IMG/VR virus record: IMGVR_UViG_3300027679_000366
Coordinates: 1-64,000 of that record
DNA from: a virus
Lineage: Duplodnaviria; Caudoviricetes
DNA: 64,000 bases
Reading direction: 5' to 3' (one strand)
Shown here: positions 47,906 through 58,563 of the stretch, in pieces
Numbering within the stretch: position 1 is the stretch's first letter
Layout of the letters: each line of letters begins with the position of its first letter
Made by a program: the position numbers and the translations under genes
The notes under the pieces: generated by a model
The model's input: only the letters and a program-made list of their open reading frames with translations
Told to the model about the DNA's origin: nothing
The model's database searches: none

Positions 47906-48232
47906 CTATACTCTAAAACTTTCACCACAGCCGCAACGGTCACGCTCGTTAGGATTGACAAAATCAAAGCCTTCATTAAGTCCATTACGTACCCAATCCA
48001 TAGTCAACCCGTCTAGATAGGCTAGACTTTTGGCATCTACTAGCACAACAAACCCGTCGTGTGCAAAATTAGTCACTCCTACTTCGGCTTCGTAACTATC
48101 TACATATTCTAACACATAAGCTAATCCAGAGCAACCGGTAGTTTTCACACCAATCCTAATACCAACGCCCTTACCACGTTTAGCTAATGTTTGTTTAATT
48201 CGGTTACTGGCTGTGTCGGTTACGGTAATCAT
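47906..48232 (-). CDS. iscA: IscA
   Basis: TGCSGLAY, CGCGESF. Confidence 0.96.
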   Translation of the reverse strand: MITVTDTASNRIKQTLAKRGKGVGIRIGVKTTGCSGLAYVLEYVDSYEAEVGVTNFAHDGFVVLVDAKSLAYLDGLTMDWVRNGLNEGFDFVNPNERDRCGCGESFRV

Positions 48233-48590
48233 TCACTGCCGCCTTGATAGCATCTTCTGCCAATATACTACAATGTATTTTAACCGGAGGAAGAGCCAGT
48301 TCTTCTGCTATTTCTTTGTTTTTGATTGTTCCGGCTTCGTCGAGGGTTTTTCCCTTGAGCCATTCTGTAACGAGGCTCGAACTCGCGATAGCCGATCCGC
48401 AGCCATACGTTTTAAATTTTGCATCTGTAATAATACCTGTATCATCGTCTACCTTTATCTGTAGTTTCATTACATCACCGCAAGCAGGGGCGCCTACCAT
48501 GCCTGTGCCTACGGTAGGATCATCTTTAGCAAATGAGCCTACATTTCTTGGATTTTCATAATGGTCAATAACTTTTTCGGAATAACTCAT
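48204..48590 (-). CDS. iscU: IscU
   Basis: GAPACGD, LPPVKIHC. Confidence 0.97.
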   Translation of the reverse strand: MSYSEKVIDHYENPRNVGSFAKDDPTVGTGMVGAPACGDVMKLQIKVDDDTGIITDAKFKTYGCGSAIASSSLVTEWLKGKTLDEAGTIKNKEIAEELALPPVKIHCSILAEDAIKAAVNDYRNRHSQ

Positions 48591-50932
48591 AGTTTACATG
48601 CCTCACAGTCGTCTTCTAAATCTTCATAATGAAATCCGTTTACTTGAACTCCATTTATATGTGTTTGTTCGGGTGTTGGTTCTGCAATTGCCTTACTACC
48701 TTGCTTGTTAATCAAACTATAGTAGAATGTTTTCAATCCCCACATGTGTGCTTGCATCAAGTTTCTAGCAATCAATGTAGTTGGAACTTTACGATCTGCC
48801 CAGTGTGCTGGATTGTAGAATGTGTTAGTGCTAATTGATTGGTCGGTATACGCCGCAATGATTGCCGCAGTCTTTAAATAACCATCACAATCTTTTTGTT
48901 CCCACATGAGCTGATATTTGTTTTTTAGTTTATGGTATTCTGGCACTACTTGTACAAACGATCCTGCTTTTGATTCTTTAGTACTAATCAAACTCATAGG
49001 CATTTCAATACCATTAGTACTGTTAATAACAACACTACTAGATTCAACAGGGGCAACAGCCATTTGTGTAGCATTGCGAACTCCATACTCTTTCATGTTA
49101 GTGCGTAGTGTTTCCCAATCAAGTTCGGGAGTGAAGTTTGCAAGCTCGTTAACACCCTTGGCACGTAATTCCCAGGGGAACGTACCTTTACCATAACGAG
49201 TATGCTCAGAACCCAAGCAAGCACCTCGTTCTTTAGCAAGCTCAACACTTGCTTCTGTTAGGTAAAATGCTTGATGCTCCATCCAAGATTTAACTTCACC
49301 CAGTGCGTCTTTCTCACCGTACTTTAAACTACGCTTGGCATGCCAGTAGGCTAGATTTGTGATGCCAATGCCTAGTGGACGGATTTCATCGTTGCTTAGT
49401 TTGGATTGTATGCTTAGAAAGTCTTGATAATCAAGTATGTTGTTAAGGCTACGGTGTAGAATACGGCAAGCACGGCGCATGTCTTCTGGGTTACGGAATG
49501 CACCCCAATTGATAGATCCTAGTGTACATAACGCAATGCGTCCCTCTGCATCATCAAGACGTTTGAATGACTTAGTTGGTAATAGGATTTCACAGCACAA
49601 GTTACTTTGATAAATCGTATGGTACTCTGGATCAAATGGGCCTTGGTTCATGACATTGTCAATGAACACCAAATAGATACGACCTGTATCAGTTCTCTCT
49701 TTTAATATGCCTGACTTGAATACTTCTTCAGCACTCATTGTCTTAGTGCGTAGGTCTTTACGCTTTTCGTATTTTACATATAGCTCTTCGAAGCGTTCTG
49801 TATTTTGATAGAACGCTTCATACAAATCTGGTACTTCATTGGGGTCAAAGAATGTTATGTCTTCTTTGTTTTTAAATCTTCTCCAGAAGAAGGCACTAAG
49901 CACAACCCCATAATCCATATGACGGACTCGGGTTTCTTCTGTTCCTTGGTTGTTCTTAAGTACAATAAGGTCATCAAACTGATGATGCCAAATAGGATAG
50001 AATACAGTAGCACTAGCATTACGGATACCTCCTTGTGAACATGATCGCAAATCGCCAAACCATTTCTTCAGGAATGGTATCATACCTGTGTGCATGATCT
50101 CTCCGCCACGGATGGGACTACCTAGTGGACGTAGTCGTCCAATCTCTAAGCCAATGCCAGCACGTTTGCTGGCATACTTGGCCATCATTTCTCCTGAAGC
50201 AAATATACTATCCAAGTCATCATCGCTACGTATAAGAACACAACTCGAAAATTGCTTTGTAGGAGTGCCGAGTCCAGCAAGTACAGGAGTAGCAAGAGTA
50301 AAGAGACCGTCTGAAGCCGCTTGGTAATACTCTTTGATAAATCGCATACGAGCTGAGTTAGGTTCTTCTTTATGGAACACAGTGGCCGCCGCAACCATAT
50401 ATCTAATCTGTGGAGTTTCATATGTTTGTTTTGTACTACGATTTTTAACCAAGTACTTCTCTATTAATTGTTCAATGGCCGCATAACCATATTGCTCGTC
50501 TTTTTCGTGTTCGAGCATGTCGTTCATTCGGTTCCAGTCTTCTTCTGTGTACCACTCTAATAGCTCGTTAGTATACAATCCAGTAGCAACATTTGTCTTC
50601 ACTATCTCATAAAGGTGCGGAACTTGATATGATCCATACACATCTTTTCTCAACATTGATAATCGTTGTTTGCCTGCAACAAATTGGTAATTGGTATGAC
50701 CTACATCGGGATTTGATTCTACGTCGATAAGGTCGACTATTGCTCGAAGTGTAATTCCGTCAATTTCTTGTGTTGTTATGCCGTCATAAAAATGCGGTTG
50801 ACTTTTGATTTCAATCATACTCTGACTGACATCTGCAATTCCTGCACATACTTTTGCTATTTGAGCTTGCCATTTCTCTACTGCAAGTGATTCTCTGTTT
50901 CCGTTTCTTTTTATAACTGTAATTTTATTCAT
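48587..50932 (-). CDS. nrdA: Class Ia ribonucleotide reductase alpha subunit
   Basis: ATP cone, QSNLCCEI, CEACKL. Confidence 0.97.
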   Translation of the reverse strand: MNKITVIKRNGNRESLAVEKWQAQIAKVCAGIADVSQSMIEIKSQPHFYDGITTQEIDGITLRAIVDLIDVESNPDVGHTNYQFVAGKQRLSMLRKDVYGSYQVPHLYEIVKTNVATGLYTNELLEWYTEEDWNRMNDMLEHEKDEQYGYAAIEQLIEKYLVKNRSTKQTYETPQIRYMVAAATVFHKEEPNSARMRFIKEYYQAASDGLFTLATPVLAGLGTPTKQFSSCVLIRSDDDLDSIFASGEMMAKYASKRAGIGLEIGRLRPLGSPIRGGEIMHTGMIPFLKKWFGDLRSCSQGGIRNASATVFYPIWHHQFDDLIVLKNNQGTEETRVRHMDYGVVLSAFFWRRFKNKEDITFFDPNEVPDLYEAFYQNTERFEELYVKYEKRKDLRTKTMSAEEVFKSGILKERTDTGRIYLVFIDNVMNQGPFDPEYHTIYQSNLCCEILLPTKSFKRLDDAEGRIALCTLGSINWGAFRNPEDMRRACRILHRSLNNILDYQDFLSIQSKLSNDEIRPLGIGITNLAYWHAKRSLKYGEKDALGEVKSWMEHQAFYLTEASVELAKERGACLGSEHTRYGKGTFPWELRAKGVNELANFTPELDWETLRTNMKEYGVRNATQMAVAPVESSSVVINSTNGIEMPMSLISTKESKAGSFVQVVPEYHKLKNKYQLMWEQKDCDGYLKTAAIIAAYTDQSISTNTFYNPAHWADRKVPTTLIARNLMQAHMWGLKTFYYSLINKQGSKAIAEPTPEQTHINGVQVNGFHYEDLEDDCEACKL

Positions 50933-51162
50933 CTCATGTGTCGCTCTTTATTATAAATGGCTGTACTACTATTGTCTAGGAAGTATTTAGTACCACTACT
51001 CAATCGTTGAAAACATCCTGGCACTCAACGTCTGCGGCGTCGATTTCGCGTAGTAATCGATTGGTTTTATAGTGGCGAAAATCTTATCACGGTAGCATAT
51101 TAAATTATATGCGCAGTTATCAAATAAGTCAAATGACTTGAGCAATAATAATACTGCCAATT

Positions 51163-53379
51163 TTAAAAGTTAGCAATATATGAGTATGAAAATACACCCG
51201 AGTCTGAATTTGATACAGCTGGGGTTGTTAATGTATTTGAATATTGGATAGCAATGCTTGTTGGAATATCGCCAACACCGCCTAATGGGTTCCCAACTTC
51301 ATTCAACAGCACCGCAGAGATATCAAGCTTCAATGCGTTCTCATCGCTAATACCAGTCACATTGTATTCGTCTGTTAATTGAGCTTTGGTTGCATTGGCC
51401 GCTATACTTGCATCTATATCAACTACTAGTGTTATTTGGCCTCTTCTACTAAAATTGTTATTTGTGCTTCGATACACGTATTCAATTTTATAACTGATAG
51501 TTCTAGTAGGCGTGCCGGATGCTCCGGTTGATACTGGTAGTGTGAACAACAGTGACGGACTAGTAATGTAGCCAACTTGTATTTGACGAGTAGCATATGA
51601 CGTATATGTACCATAGCCAGACACTTCTGGAATGTATGGAATTAGCACTAGTTCACTTACCGCAGTTGGGTGGGTAGTTGGATTAAAGGATGCAATTGAT
51701 GTTCCAGACGATGCTGTTAAATTTCTACGGGCGCCGCCTAGCGTATTGGCAATTGAAAAGTTTGTACTACCACTAATGCTTTGTACATAGTATGTTGTGC
51801 CAGCAGTGATCCCGCCAATTGAACCGGTAAATTGAATAGCAGTTCCAACCAACAAGTCATCAGTTGAGTCAGAGGTAATAAACTCAGTAGTAGTTGCTGA
51901 TGTGATAGCAATCGTTGTTAAGTTACCGGGAGTGGCATTAAAGTCAATGCCAACTGTACTTACTGGATCAATTGACAAATTACTAAAGTTATTAAATGGT
52001 GTTGTGTAACGAGTAACAATTGTAATGTTTGAAGCTGATGTATAGTTTTGTTTCAATGTACCTTGTACATTGGTTGTGGTTTGTTTAATCTTATCATTTT
52101 TAAATGCAGTGATTGGTTGACTCAATGTAAGGTTAACTGTAAATGAATTTGACGATAGTGTTTCTTCTCTATCAGATTGCACATTCAAACATGCATTGCC
52201 AACTTCACCAAAGTAAATTTGCGGGTATTCTGGAAAGTACACTCCTGAACCATTGTTACCAACGTCAACTAGTTTCCAATCACGGATAGTGTTGTTGTTA
52301 CCGCGATGAATAATTAAGGCATGTTGTTTAATGTTATTAAACTTAGCTCTAGAGATTTGTGTGTATCTTGGACCATATTGTTGTCCGGGAGTTGTTCCGT
52401 CTGTATTTTCACCAAATACAAATCCTTGGCGACAATCTGTTACAGCAATGTCTTGGAATGTGTTGTTAGTAATGTCTTGTTGTGCCCATACTGCATAACT
52501 AAATCCAGAGATAACAACATTACTAAACAAGTTGTCACTACAGGTAACTAGTGCCGAAATTGCATTAAGGCTAATAGCTTTACTGTCAGCATTGCCAACA
52601 CCATTCCAGTTGCCTGCAATGATAAGGTCTGTAAACTGGCTGTCTCTAACTGCATCTAACTGCAAACCTGTTTGATTGTATGTATCTGAATAAACTGTTA
52701 ATCCACTAAACACAATCTTTCTAGGTTGCGTATTACCAAGAGTATTGTCAATGGAACTAGGACTGCCAATAGTTGATAAGTCGTTTACAAATTGTATTGC
52801 TGGGCCAACACCCGTGTAACTAATAATAGTTTTGTCCGGACCAGAGCCAACAATAGTTGCATAACTAGGAATGTACAATGTTTCAGTAGTTTTGTAAATG
52901 CCGGGCCCTAACTCTAATACTACTCGAGTACTGGTACCGTCTGCTGTGTTAATACTAGATGGACTAGTTGGGTTTAAAAACAATTGGTCTATAGCTCGCT
53001 GTAGTGCCGCAGTATCATCTACTGCACCATCTGCTTTTGAACCAAAGTCAGCGGCAGTAACTCGATCATCTAAACGATCTTGTGTTGAACGACTAACCGG
53101 ATCATTACGTGTTGGCCCTGTTGAAATAGCAGGGTCATTGGTTTTATAAATGTGGTATAGTAGGTTGAGTAAATTACCTCTAACAGTAAGATCTCGTTCT
53201 GTTAGTATTTTAGTATTACCAACAGCCGGGCTACCTTCCGCAACTGAGCCGTTACCAATGTATAGTTCTTGGGTGTCTAGAGACCAAGCTAGTTCACCAG
53301 ACGCAAGTTGCGGTAAACCTGTACCACCAAGCGATTTTCCTCTACGTACTTGAATACGGCTAATTTGCACTACGGCCAT
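51163..53379 (-). CDS. Tail fibre/tailspike with beta-helix
   Basis: Homolog of 8115-10187 with different inserted modules. Confidence 0.8.
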   Translation of the reverse strand: MAVVQISRIQVRRGKSLGGTGLPQLASGELAWSLDTQELYIGNGSVAEGSPAVGNTKILTERDLTVRGNLLNLLYHIYKTNDPAISTGPTRNDPVSRSTQDRLDDRVTAADFGSKADGAVDDTAALQRAIDQLFLNPTSPSSINTADGTSTRVVLELGPGIYKTTETLYIPSYATIVGSGPDKTIISYTGVGPAIQFVNDLSTIGSPSSIDNTLGNTQPRKIVFSGLTVYSDTYNQTGLQLDAVRDSQFTDLIIAGNWNGVGNADSKAISLNAISALVTCSDNLFSNVVISGFSYAVWAQQDITNNTFQDIAVTDCRQGFVFGENTDGTTPGQQYGPRYTQISRAKFNNIKQHALIIHRGNNNTIRDWKLVDVGNNGSGVYFPEYPQIYFGEVGNACLNVQSDREETLSSNSFTVNLTLSQPITAFKNDKIKQTTTNVQGTLKQNYTSASNITIVTRYTTPFNNFSNLSIDPVSTVGIDFNATPGNLTTIAITSATTTEFITSDSTDDLLVGTAIQFTGSIGGITAGTTYYVQSISGSTNFSIANTLGGARRNLTASSGTSIASFNPTTHPTAVSELVLIPYIPEVSGYGTYTSYATRQIQVGYITSPSLLFTLPVSTGASGTPTRTISYKIEYVYRSTNNNFSRRGQITLVVDIDASIAANATKAQLTDEYNVTGISDENALKLDISAVLLNEVGNPLGGVGDIPTSIAIQYSNTLTTPAVSNSDSGVFSYSYIANF

Positions 53380-53405
53380 AATAATATCCTCTTATGGGAT
53401 ATTTA

Positions 53406-54122
53406 TCAGTTTTCTCGGTAGTACTGTTCCACTCTGTTCCACCATTGCTTTTCCCAATGCCCAAACATGTCCGGAGTAAGGATAAACTCTTGATAAGCAG
53501 GATCTCCCCATATCATGGGCGTAATTTCTGGTGGTTTTACACACATAAACACTACACCTTTTTGTATATTAGTTCCGTGTACTTTATTGTGCGCAAGTGC
53601 ATAAGCGACCATTTGCAAGTAGTAGTCTTCAATCCACTCATGCTTTTTAGGCTTGTTGGTTTGCTTATGGTCCATGATTGCGCCTTCATTCAAATGAAGT
53701 CCAACACAATCAGTAGTTCCTGCATATAGACCGGGATAGTAAAGTCCAACTTCTACTCCCCATACTTCATCAACATTCTTAAGCCCGTGTTCAATAATAT
53801 GTTTGGCCATTTTGTGGCTTTGCACACTATATGGGTTTGATCCCGGATCATTAAGCGTACCTTGCACAATGTAGTCTTCTAAATACTTGTGCATACGTGT
53901 GCCACGGCTTGCGGCTTCTGTAACAATCTCAGTGGCTTTCTTTTCACCCACAGCTCTGCGCCATGCTTGTAGTGCGGCAACTTTTTCTGCTGGTTTAGTT
54001 TTGTCTAGGATTGTTGTAACGGATGGTAGTTTACCTCCGTCTGGCGTGGCGTATAAACGCTTGCCTTCTACGCTTTCCCTGTTTAAGGGAGTGTAGTCAT
54101 ATCGTTCTTTGAGTAAGGTCAT
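53406..54122 (-). CDS. PD-(D/E)XK exonuclease
   Basis: Homolog of 7371-8087. Confidence 0.9.
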   Translation of the reverse strand: MTLLKERYDYTPLNRESVEGKRLYATPDGGKLPSVTTILDKTKPAEKVAALQAWRRAVGEKKATEIVTEAASRGTRMHKYLEDYIVQGTLNDPGSNPYSVQSHKMAKHIIEHGLKNVDEVWGVEVGLYYPGLYAGTTDCVGLHLNEGAIMDHKQTNKPKKHEWIEDYYLQMVAYALAHNKVHGTNIQKGVVFMCVKPPEITPMIWGDPAYQEFILTPDMFGHWEKQWWNRVEQYYREN

Positions 54123-54128
54123 AGGACT

Positions 54129-54157
54129 ATTTTACTACAAATAGCCCTATGTGTCAA
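54129..54157 (-). promoter_or_regulatory. Sigma70 promoter, probably leaderless transcript
   Basis: TTGACA-17 nt-TAAAAT with ATG 6 nt downstream. Confidence 0.8.
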
Positions 54158-54164
54158 TTAGTTA

Positions 54165-54497
54165 TTAAGCCAAATCACCACGCTTAGTAGCACTCATAGC
54201 CATTTTGCTAACTTCACTTTGGCCAGCATCTTGCTGTTGGACAGGTTCATCCGTGTTAGCATCTGTCTTGAGCGTTAAGCCAACACCGTCAAACTTGTCT
54301 ACTTTATTGTGCAATGTTTGTTGCTCGGGCGGAAGACTTGCTTCTTGTTCCCATCGACGAGCAAACGTTCTATAAGAAATTGGGATGCCCATATTTCTAA
54401 GGGCAACCCAAGTCAGTTGTGATGCGGTACCTTGATTATCGGCTGCGCTTTGTGTTGTAAAAAGGAGCCTATCTAACGGTTCAATTGTTTCTATTAC
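54165..54497 (-). CDS. -1 frameshift extension of 54494-55507
   Basis: VIETIEPL...LTWVAL...SYRTFARRW...KFDG..L...KMAMSATKR, in frame with track ORF 54165-54392. Confidence 0.75.
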   Translation of the reverse strand, partial: VIETIEPLDRLLFTTQSAADNQGTASQLTWVALRNMGIPISYRTFARRWEQEASLPPEQQTLHNKVDKFDGVGLTLKTDANTDEPVQQQDAGQSEVSKMAMSATKRGDLA

Positions 54498-55507
54498 TTT
54501 TTTTTTGAGTTGAGTAACATGCCTAAACGACGGCTGTAGTCTACCGACTCACGCTTTTCTCTGCCTGCTTCTGCCGACATTGGTGTTTCTTCGTCCATGC
54601 CTGGCTCACCGCCTGGTGCTGGTGGCATTGGTAGTTCTGGTAGTCCGCCTGCTGGTTCTTCGCCTGGCAACCCGCCCATTCCGCCTGCTGGTGTGCCCAT
54701 TGTAGGAGCCTCACCACCTGATACAATTGCTAATGCGCTTGACAAGCCTTGACGACTTGTTTCTAATGATGTATAAATTGCCTCTAGAGCCGGCTTAACT
54801 GAATCTTGGTAACGTTGTGCAACGTCACTGCCTTGGGTTTCTCTTATAGAGTCTAATAGTTCTAGTAGCTGTTCTGCTTTCATAGCCGCAACATCTTCTA
54901 GCCAGCCTGTAATACGGTCTACCATATCTTTAGTAGCCATAATAGTTTCAGCTTTAGTTTCTTCGCCTTCTAGTAGGATCCAACTTGCTTGTGCTTCATT
55001 TAGGTCATAACGTAATGACAGTTCTGCCTTAAGTTCTTCTGTATCTGATTCGCCTAATCTCATTCTGCTAAGTGCTGAGTCAATCCAGCTATCTGGCACT
55101 GCCGACTTTCGAGCACGGTGACGGATAAATGCTGTGATGTTGTTGCTTTCGTTTGTTTTTGCTTTAGTTTTCATAGGCTTTTCTTCTTTATCTTCCTCTT
55201 CGTCGCATTCACATGGGCTACAATCACACTCTGAACAAGTGCTTTCTGCTAATTGATCACGCTCTAGGATAGCTTGGTTGATGCAATCTAGCATCAAACG
55301 TGTTTTTTGATATTGTGCGCTTTCAAGAACAGATTCATAGCTTTCTGATAGTTCCATTTGACTTAAACGTGTGCGCAACTTGTTACGTGCGTCTTCTAAT
55401 TGTACATCGCTAAACTGCTCAAAGTTAATCTTATAGCCAAACTTCTGTGCTAGGCTTTCGTTAAGCTGTTTGCTTGTAATGGGTTTTGACAATTCTCTAA
55501 TTTGCAT
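54494..55507 (-). CDS. Acidic helical protein, possible prohead core/scaffold
   Basis: Homolog of 5984-7006; ends TCA AAA AAA AAG TAA. Confidence 0.6.
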   Translation of the reverse strand: MQIRELSKPITSKQLNESLAQKFGYKINFEQFSDVQLEDARNKLRTRLSQMELSESYESVLESAQYQKTRLMLDCINQAILERDQLAESTCSECDCSPCECDEEEDKEEKPMKTKAKTNESNNITAFIRHRARKSAVPDSWIDSALSRMRLGESDTEELKAELSLRYDLNEAQASWILLEGEETKAETIMATKDMVDRITGWLEDVAAMKAEQLLELLDSIRETQGSDVAQRYQDSVKPALEAIYTSLETSRQGLSSALAIVSGGEAPTMGTPAGGMGGLPGEEPAGGLPELPMPPAPGGEPGMDEETPMSAEAGREKRESVDYSRRLGMLLNSKKK

Positions 55508-55548
55508 GATCTATTCCTAGAAATCTTATAGTGTATTTATACTTTTCA

Positions 55549-56007
55549 TTATACGAACGACCACTTAAACATACGTGAAATTGTTTCTTTGTAATATTGG
55601 GTCTTTTGCTCGCTGTCTTCTAGTTTATTTAACAAGATCACATATCGGTCAAATTCTTTTGCAGTTTTAATGTTATTACGATATACTTGATTATCGCAGT
55701 AGTTAGACCAGTACCTATTGTCTAAACGTTTGATTTCAAAAAACTTGTCTAAGCTAGTTGTACTGTATGCTTTAGCGGCCATTAGGGCACAGGTTTTAAG
55801 GAAGTATTGTTCAATTAGTGTTTGATTTCTATAATTGTACATACACCAGATACCGGCACTATTTTGTTTAATTAGATAGTTCTTATAAACTGCGGCGCCG
55901 CCTGGCAATACAGTTATAGGTAACTTGCGGTCAAGCTCAGTCTGAAAGTGTTCAGCTAGCTCTTTTACTACTTGTTTTTTGTTTGATTTTTTATTAAATT
56001 TTTTCAT
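55549..56007 (-). CDS. Conserved phage hypothetical protein
   Basis: Homolog of 5476-5955. Confidence 0.8.
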   Translation of the reverse strand: MKKFNKKSNKKQVVKELAEHFQTELDRKLPITVLPGGAAVYKNYLIKQNSAGIWCMYNYRNQTLIEQYFLKTCALMAAKAYSTTSLDKFFEIKRLDNRYWSNYCDNQVYRNNIKTAKEFDRYVILLNKLEDSEQKTQYYKETISRMFKWSFV

Positions 56008-56197
56008 TTGCAACTACCGTAGGATTATCCATCCCTACTTTAGTTACCAAACTTTTGCGGATCATGGCCTCAACTCTGAACTGATCGTGTTCATCGAGCT
56101 GACTAAGTTTGATGGGAGTCTTTAACTTCTTTAGTAGTTCTGCTTCTTCGTTAGTAGTCCAAACTGTAAAATCGTTAATTAATTCGTTTATTTTCAT
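55994..56197 (-). CDS. Conserved small phage protein
   Basis: Homolog of 5286-5501. Confidence 0.8.
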   Translation of the reverse strand: MKINELINDFTVWTTNEEAELLKKLKTPIKLSQLDEHDQFRVEAMIRKSLVTKVGMDNPTVVANEKI

Positions 56198-56961
56198 CTT
56201 AGGCCTGCAATAGTTAGCATCTTGTCTAACAGTGCATTATCTGATTCTTCTAACTTGTGTATCTCAGATGGTTTCATGCGTTGGTTTGGCTGTGGTAACG
56301 GTTGGCTCCTGCTGTCAAAACTTGGAGCAGGATTTCTTGTTGCAGGCAGATGCATTATGCCTGTGATTTCAGCAAATGCGTTTGGCCCAATTTTCCATTT
56401 GTGTCCAGTGTTTAATGCTAGATATTTTTTGCCTTTAAAAACAACATAACCCATTCTGTTACCTGCATTAGCCGGATCTGCAATGTATGCCTGATCAACT
56501 TCTTTTCTAGTGCTGGTGATTTCAATAGGGTCGCCATCCGATGCAAATAGTTGCGCACCTTTTTTGATTGCATTAACTGTATTTGAACTGTTAGATGGTT
56601 CTAATTCTTCCGCCATTGGTCTTGCAGGAGCTCCCATAGTCTGTTGTGGGGCTTGATTACTTATTGCAATCTTTGTACCAGCGGCTAGACGTTGTTGAGG
56701 TGTTTGTTGTGTAGTTGGATTTGTTGGACTGCCCGGCTGTGTTGTCATGTTAAACACATCGTTGCCTTGGGCATCTTGTGTAATAGCACCAAGCAAGTCT
56801 TTCTTGATTTGTGTGCCGTCTGGCATTTGAACCGTAATACTTTTGTCGTCACTTGCTACAATAGTACCTTCTTGGTCATTGCCGGTAGTAGAAGGCATTT
56901 CTTCTGGCACTGGCATTGTTTTTCCTGGTACTAAAGGTTTAACAATTTGTTTAACTTTCAT
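56194..56961 (-). CDS. Hypothetical, probable head-associated protein
   Basis: MKVKQI start and LLDKMLTIAGLR end; syntenic with 4765-5289 but interior unrelated. Confidence 0.6.
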   Translation of the reverse strand: MKVKQIVKPLVPGKTMPVPEEMPSTTGNDQEGTIVASDDKSITVQMPDGTQIKKDLLGAITQDAQGNDVFNMTTQPGSPTNPTTQQTPQQRLAAGTKIAISNQAPQQTMGAPARPMAEELEPSNSSNTVNAIKKGAQLFASDGDPIEITSTRKEVDQAYIADPANAGNRMGYVVFKGKKYLALNTGHKWKIGPNAFAEITGIMHLPATRNPAPSFDSRSQPLPQPNQRMKPSEIHKLEESDNALLDKMLTIAGLR

Positions 56962-57664
56962 TATATTCTCCAAGGCTTAATTCAGCACTTTGTAATTTGT
57001 TTATGTAACGTCTGAACTTATCAATTTTACCTCTAGCACGTAACAGTTTAAATGCTAGATTTTCTACACTATACTCACCGCCTTGTTCTAAGCCAGCTTG
57101 TCGTAAGCGTCTAATTTCAGACATAGTTTCCTTACAAGTATTTAAGTCATTTGAGCGCATCGCTTGGTTAATTCTGCTAGCATAGTTTCTAGCTTTTTTA
57201 GTAACATCTGCATCTCTAATTGTAGGAGGTTGATGTTTTGGTTTACTTAACCACTTATCATTTAGTAAACTATAGATTCCAGCTGAACGATGCGGTTGCT
57301 GTACGTCTTGTACATACAACTCAACATCAATGCCTTTGATCTTAATGTCGTGTGTGAAGTTATATTCGTTTTTCTTAGCAGAGTACAACTCGCCCAGTGC
57401 AACTTGGTTGCGCGGCATATCTACAACAAGGTGTAGATCTAAGTCACTGCTTTCAGCGTACCCGTAGGCCGCATTACTTCCGCTAATGGTAATATCTCTC
57501 AAGTTCAACTTAGGTACATTAAGGAACTTGGCAAAGTGCATGGCTATTGCCATGAGCTTATAGCGTACTTCGATTATTAGTTTATTGTTTTCCCAGATTT
57601 TTGGGTTAAGATTGTCGTGGTATACGACTGGGTTGATTGATTCTTCGAATTCTATGATCTGCAT
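56951..57664 (-). CDS. Nucleotidyltransferase (Pol beta superfamily)
   Basis: SGSNAAYGYAESSDLDLH, DVELYVQD. Confidence 0.8.
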   Translation of the reverse strand: MQIIEFEESINPVVYHDNLNPKIWENNKLIIEVRYKLMAIAMHFAKFLNVPKLNLRDITISGSNAAYGYAESSDLDLHLVVDMPRNQVALGELYSAKKNEYNFTHDIKIKGIDVELYVQDVQQPHRSAGIYSLLNDKWLSKPKHQPPTIRDADVTKKARNYASRINQAMRSNDLNTCKETMSEIRRLRQAGLEQGGEYSVENLAFKLLRARGKIDKFRRYINKLQSAELSLGEYNES

Positions 57665-57682
57665 TTGTCATTATTTAACAGA

Positions 57683-57985
57683 TTATAAACCGACAAATTT
57701 TAAAAGTGTTGCCATACTAGGATTACCAATCCATCCTGCACCAGCGGCAAATGCTAATGCTATCATTCCGTATTTCATCCACTTGTCTTTGATCTGCTGT
57801 AGATCTTTAATCTTCTCTGCCATCTCGGCATGCTGATTAGTTGATGCATCACGCATCTCTCTAAGTGTTCCAACTAACGAAGTTTGATTGGTTGTGATGT
57901 CCTGGCGGATATCATCAAACTTTTCATTAAAGTTATCAACTTTTGTCTCAAGTACGCTTACTCGCTCTGTTACTGTAGCCATCAT
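57683..57985 (-). CDS. Coiled-coil protein with C-terminal TM (XhlA/holin-like)
   Basis: Homolog of 3710-4057. Confidence 0.55.
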   Translation of the reverse strand: MMATVTERVSVLETKVDNFNEKFDDIRQDITTNQTSLVGTLREMRDASTNQHAEMAEKIKDLQQIKDKWMKYGMIALAFAAGAGWIGNPSMATLLKFVGL

Positions 57986-58085
57986 GGCATCTCCAATGTT
58001 ATAAGTCAGGGACTCGCTCCGAGTCATGTGCCTAGTGTATGATTGAATGCCTAATGGGTAATGCTATGCCTAGTACTCTATTTAG

Positions 58086-58487
58086 TCACTTTTTGGCAAA
58101 AACAATATTACGTCCGGGCCCGCCTGTGACAAAAACTGCATAGTGCTGTTCCATTAACTCGTCTAGCCCTTGTATATAGGGTATCAAGTTAAAGTCTTCT
58201 TTTAAATTGCCAACTGGGTCGCCGTCTGCTTCAAACAAGAAGTCACGTTCTGTACCAAAGTCAAAGCGCCATACTCTAATAACTTCATCAGTGTCAAAGC
58301 CTATAATTTTGCCCTTGACTTCTAGCACTTCGGGATTGTATGCAAATGCTACGTTGGCTCTAATTCCCAGTGTTTGCAATACCGTGTTGAAGTTTTGTTC
58401 CTTCCAACGTGCATGTTCTTTGCCTGCTTCAGGTCTGTATTGTCCAGTGTGCGTAATATCTACGAGGGTGTATAATTTGTATTCCAT
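58086..58487 (-). CDS. Conserved phage hypothetical protein
   Basis: Homolog of 3199-3600. Confidence 0.85.
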   Translation of the reverse strand: MEYKLYTLVDITHTGQYRPEAGKEHARWKEQNFNTVLQTLGIRANVAFAYNPEVLEVKGKIIGFDTDEVIRVWRFDFGTERDFLFEADGDPVGNLKEDFNLIPYIQGLDELMEQHYAVFVTGGPGRNIVFAKK

Positions 58488-58506
58488 GGTAGTATTTAAC
58501 CGTCGT

Positions 58507-58533
58507 AAAAAAGCCTACTGTGAAAGTAGGCTT
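58507..58533 (-). terminator. Intrinsic terminator
   Basis: Minus strand AAGCCTACT-TTCAC-AGTAGGCTT plus T run. Confidence 0.85.
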
Positions 58534-58563
58534 AGTCTTCCCATCCCTGAGAAATAAAACTAA